Below are positions 61,464-64,000 of a stretch of DNA of 64,000 bases, piece by piece. The stretch is from Candidatus Woesearchaeota archaeon (GTDB taxonomy: Archaea; Nanobdellota; Nanobdellia; Woesearchaeales; SKIA01). Below the pieces are notes generated by a model, which was given only the letters and a program-made list of their open reading frames with translations, did not search any database and was not told the DNA's origin. A program made the translations under genes and the position numbers. The stretch spans positions 64,001-128,000 of the forward strand of contig JBJKRI010000004.1 in assembly GCA_046704725.1 (NCBI GenBank), written 5' to 3'. Each line of letters starts with the position of its first letter. Positions within the stretch are counted from its first letter, which is position 1.

Positions 61464-62138
61464 ATGCACGTCCTGACCGCGAACACCCAAGGGAACCCGA
61501 ATATCGGCCTGTACGCCTACGCCACGGACAAGTACTGCATCCTCGGGCCCGAGGCAGCGAACCTCAAGGAAGCCATCGAGGAAGCGCTCAGCGTCCCTGT
61601 CATCATCACGACCATCGCGGGCACGAGCCTCACAGGGGTCTTCCTGGCTGGCAACGAGAAGACACTGCTCGTGCCGGGGATCGCTTTCGAGCACGAGATC
61701 GAACGATTGGAGAAAGCGGGCATCACCGTCGGCCTGTTCGACACCACGCACACCGCCCTCGGAAACAACCTGGTCGCGAACGAGCACGGCTGCCTGGCAG
61801 GACCCATGTTCACGACCGAAGAGCGCGAAGAGCTGCACGAACTCCTGGGAGTGCCCGTCCACCAGTTCGCCATCGCCGGCGTGGAAGTGGTGGGAAGCGC
61901 CCTTGCCGCGACAGGGAAAGGCGGATTGATCCACCGTGACGCGACGCGGTTCGAACAGGACATGGCAATCGACACCCTGCGACTGCCGCGCCTCTTGCCG
62001 GGAACGGTCAACATGGGCGTGCCCTACGTGCGCGCGGGCATCATCGCGAACAGCAACGGCTTTCTCATCGGCACCGCATCGGGAGGACCAGAGATCGGCA
62101 ACGCCGACGAGGCATTCGGCTTCCTGGAGGACGAGTGA
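61464..62138 (+). CDS. eif6: Translation initiation factor 6
   Basis: ALGN, GTVNMG, GIIANSNG. Confidence 0.92.
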   Translation: MHVLTANTQGNPNIGLYAYATDKYCILGPEAANLKEAIEEALSVPVIITTIAGTSLTGVFLAGNEKTLLVPGIAFEHEIERLEKAGITVGLFDTTHTALGNNLVANEHGCLAGPMFTTEEREELHELLGVPVHQFAIAGVEVVGSALAATGKGGLIHRDATRFEQDMAIDTLRLPRLLPGTVNMGVPYVRAGIIANSNGFLIGTASGGPEIGNADEAFGFLEDE

Positions 62139-62548
62139 TGGACGAGACCGCCGCACGGGAATACATCGTGCGCCTGGAAGCGGCGCGGGAACGCCTGCAA
62201 CGGCTCGACGACCACGCAGCGGAGGTCGACGACAAGACCGTCGAACTGCGGCGCATGATAGAAGCGGTACAGCAGGCACTGGAATTGCCTGAAGGCTCCG
62301 AACTGCTCGTGCCGCTCACCAACGGCGTGTTCATGCCCGCGACGGCGGGAAAGGACAAGACACTATACCTCAATGTAGGCGCGGACGTGGTGGTGACGCG
62401 CACGCCGGACGAGACGATCAAGATACTCGAGAAGCAGCAAGACGAGCTCGCCGAGTACCGCGAACGGATCCTTGCCGAGCGCCAGCAAGCGCAGGCAGAG
62501 GCAGTGCGCATCGAGCGAGCGGCGAAAGAGGCGATGGGCGATGTTTAA
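62138..62548 (+). CDS. pfdA: Prefoldin alpha subunit
   Basis: LLVPL..GVF, VGADVVV flanked by coiled coils. Confidence 0.9.
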   Translation: MDETAAREYIVRLEAARERLQRLDDHAAEVDDKTVELRRMIEAVQQALELPEGSELLVPLTNGVFMPATAGKDKTLYLNVGADVVVTRTPDETIKILEKQQDELAEYRERILAERQQAQAEAVRIERAAKEAMGDV

Positions 62549-63833
62549 GTCCCTCAAGGACAAGCTCAAGAACGCTCTTGGAAAACTGACCTCAGGAGCG
62601 AAGAGCGCGGAGAAAGAGGCGAAGGAGCCGGCCCCGAAGAAGGAAGCGGCGAAGCCGAAAGAAGAACCGAAGCCAGTCGAGAAGAAACGGGCCGAGCCCG
62701 CGAAGAGCGTCCCGAAAGAATCGAAGAAACCCGAAGCTCCCAAAGAGCCGGAAAAGATCATCGAGGAGCCAACACCCACAGCTCCTGAAGAGCCAGAAGA
62801 AGCGGTCAAAGAACCCAAACCAGAGCCGTCCGAAGAGCCCGAACCGGAAAAGGAGAAGCGGAAAGAAGAACCAGTCCCAGCCGAAGAGCCCGAGCCGGTC
62901 GCTCCCGCACGCACCGAAGAGAAAGAGGAGAAGGCGGAACCCGAACAGGAGAAGCCCAAGAAGGGCGGATTGTTCGGACGGCTCACCGAGAAGCTCACGA
63001 CGGTGCAGCTCAGCGAGGAGCGCTTCGAGGAACTGTTCTGGGAGCTCGAACTCGCATTATTGGAGAACAACGTCGCCCTCGAGGTCATCGAGAAGATCAA
63101 GAGCGACCTGCGCGACGAGCTCACCACCGGACGCACCGCGAGAGGAGGCGTCGCCGAACGCGTCCAACGAAGACTGCGCGAGAGCCTGCGCGAAGTCCTC
63201 GAACAACCACCGTTCGACCTGCTCGACACCACGGAGAAACCAGTGGTCATCGCCGCTGTCGGCGTGAACGGCTCGGGAAAGACCACGACGCTCGCCAAGC
63301 TCGGCAAATACTTCGAGGACCACGGAAAGTCGGTGGTGCTCGCGGCGTGCGACACCTTCCGCGCCGCGGCCATACACCAGCTCGAGGAGCACGCCAAGAA
63401 CCTCGAACTCCCGATCATCAAGCAAGACTACGGCGCGGACCCCGCAGCGGTCGCGTACGACGCGGTCCACCACGCCAAGGCGAAAGGCATCGACGTCGTG
63501 CTCATCGACACGGCCGGACGGTTGCACAGCAACACGAACCTCATGGACGAGCTCAAGAAGGTCATCCGCGTCTCGAAACCGCAGCACGTGCTCTTCGTCG
63601 GAGAGGCTGTGACGGGCAACGATTGCGTCGAGCAGGCGCGCACCTTCGCGCACGAGCTGCCCGTCGACGGCATCATCCTCACCAAGGCCGATGTGGACGA
63701 GAAGGGCGGCGCGGCCGTATCGGTGAGTTATGTGACCAAACTGCCGATCGTGCTCATCGGCACCGGACAGTCCTACGAGGACTTGCGTCCCTTCGACCCC
63801 GAAGAGGTCTTGGACGGCTTGGTCCCCGCATAG
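62541..63833 (+). CDS. ftsY: SRP receptor FtsY
   Basis: GVNGSGKTT, DTFRAAA, DTAGR, TKAD; E/K/P-rich N-terminus. Confidence 0.96.
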   Translation: MFKSLKDKLKNALGKLTSGAKSAEKEAKEPAPKKEAAKPKEEPKPVEKKRAEPAKSVPKESKKPEAPKEPEKIIEEPTPTAPEEPEEAVKEPKPEPSEEPEPEKEKRKEEPVPAEEPEPVAPARTEEKEEKAEPEQEKPKKGGLFGRLTEKLTTVQLSEERFEELFWELELALLENNVALEVIEKIKSDLRDELTTGRTARGGVAERVQRRLRESLREVLEQPPFDLLDTTEKPVVIAAVGVNGSGKTTTLAKLGKYFEDHGKSVVLAACDTFRAAAIHQLEEHAKNLELPIIKQDYGADPAAVAYDAVHHAKAKGIDVVLIDTAGRLHSNTNLMDELKKVIRVSKPQHVLFVGEAVTGNDCVEQARTFAHELPVDGIILTKADVDEKGGAAVSVSYVTKLPIVLIGTGQSYEDLRPFDPEEVLDGLVPA

Positions 63834-64000
63834 ACCTTGCGGATCTGCGAGAGCACATTCTTCTTCCCCTTCCAGTCGAGCGCGAGCTCGAGGACCTCTT
63901 CGACGCGGTCGACCGGCTTGATCGTGATGCGAGAGGCGGTCTCCTTGCTGATGACGATATCCTTCATGTTCGTGCGCGGGACCAGGATTGTCTTGATGCC
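63773..64000 (-). CDS. Lon protease C-terminus (partial, runs off window)
   Basis: GIKTILVPRTNMKD...IKPVDRVEEVLELAL. Confidence 0.8.
   Translation of the reverse strand, partial: GIKTILVPRTNMKDIVISKETASRITIKPVDRVEEVLELALDWKGKKNVLSQIRKVYAGTKPSKTSSGSKGRKSS

Noticed and set aside
62590-62960. E/K/P-rich repetitive region
   Set aside because: Ordinary variable acidic N-terminal region of FtsY
63773-63833. 61-nt convergent overlap of ftsY and lon
   Set aside because: Short convergent overlaps recur in this compact genome; no evidence of special function

Overview
High-GC archaeal chromosomal segment, most consistent with a DPANN archaeon of the Woesearchaeota type (inferred from the divergent archaeal 16S/23S sequences, the gene set and the pilin/MoxR-VWA content; not confirmed by phylogeny). 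It is mostly informational housekeeping: r-proteins, Rpo4, Spt5, TFE, aIF2-gamma, aIF6, GluRS, class II LysRS, TrpRS, FtsZ, SecE, FtsY, thermosome, prefoldin, Kae1, Lhr, ScpA and a partial Lon. It also has a linked 16S-tRNA(Ala)-23S operon with no 5S in view and nine tRNAs, three with introns. No CRISPR array, transposase, integrase or reverse transcriptase was seen. The most notable items are: (1) an intron-containing tRNA-Ile with a UAU anticodon; (2) a tRNA-Met intron that carries an antisense element to its own anticodon followed by box C/D-like motifs; (3) a four-gene tandem array next to tRNA-Glu in which a multi-TM DUF4190-like anchor is fused to variable pilin-like heads; (4) two secreted Tyr/Gly-rich low-complexity proteins divergent from a MoxR-VWA-DUF58 operon; (5) an HTH-LAGLIDADG gene with a palindromic putative operator running into an intron-containing tRNA; and (6) a LolA-like lipoprotein, two histone classes and a structured intergenic RNA candidate. 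All calls come from reading motifs by eye; no database searches were run.
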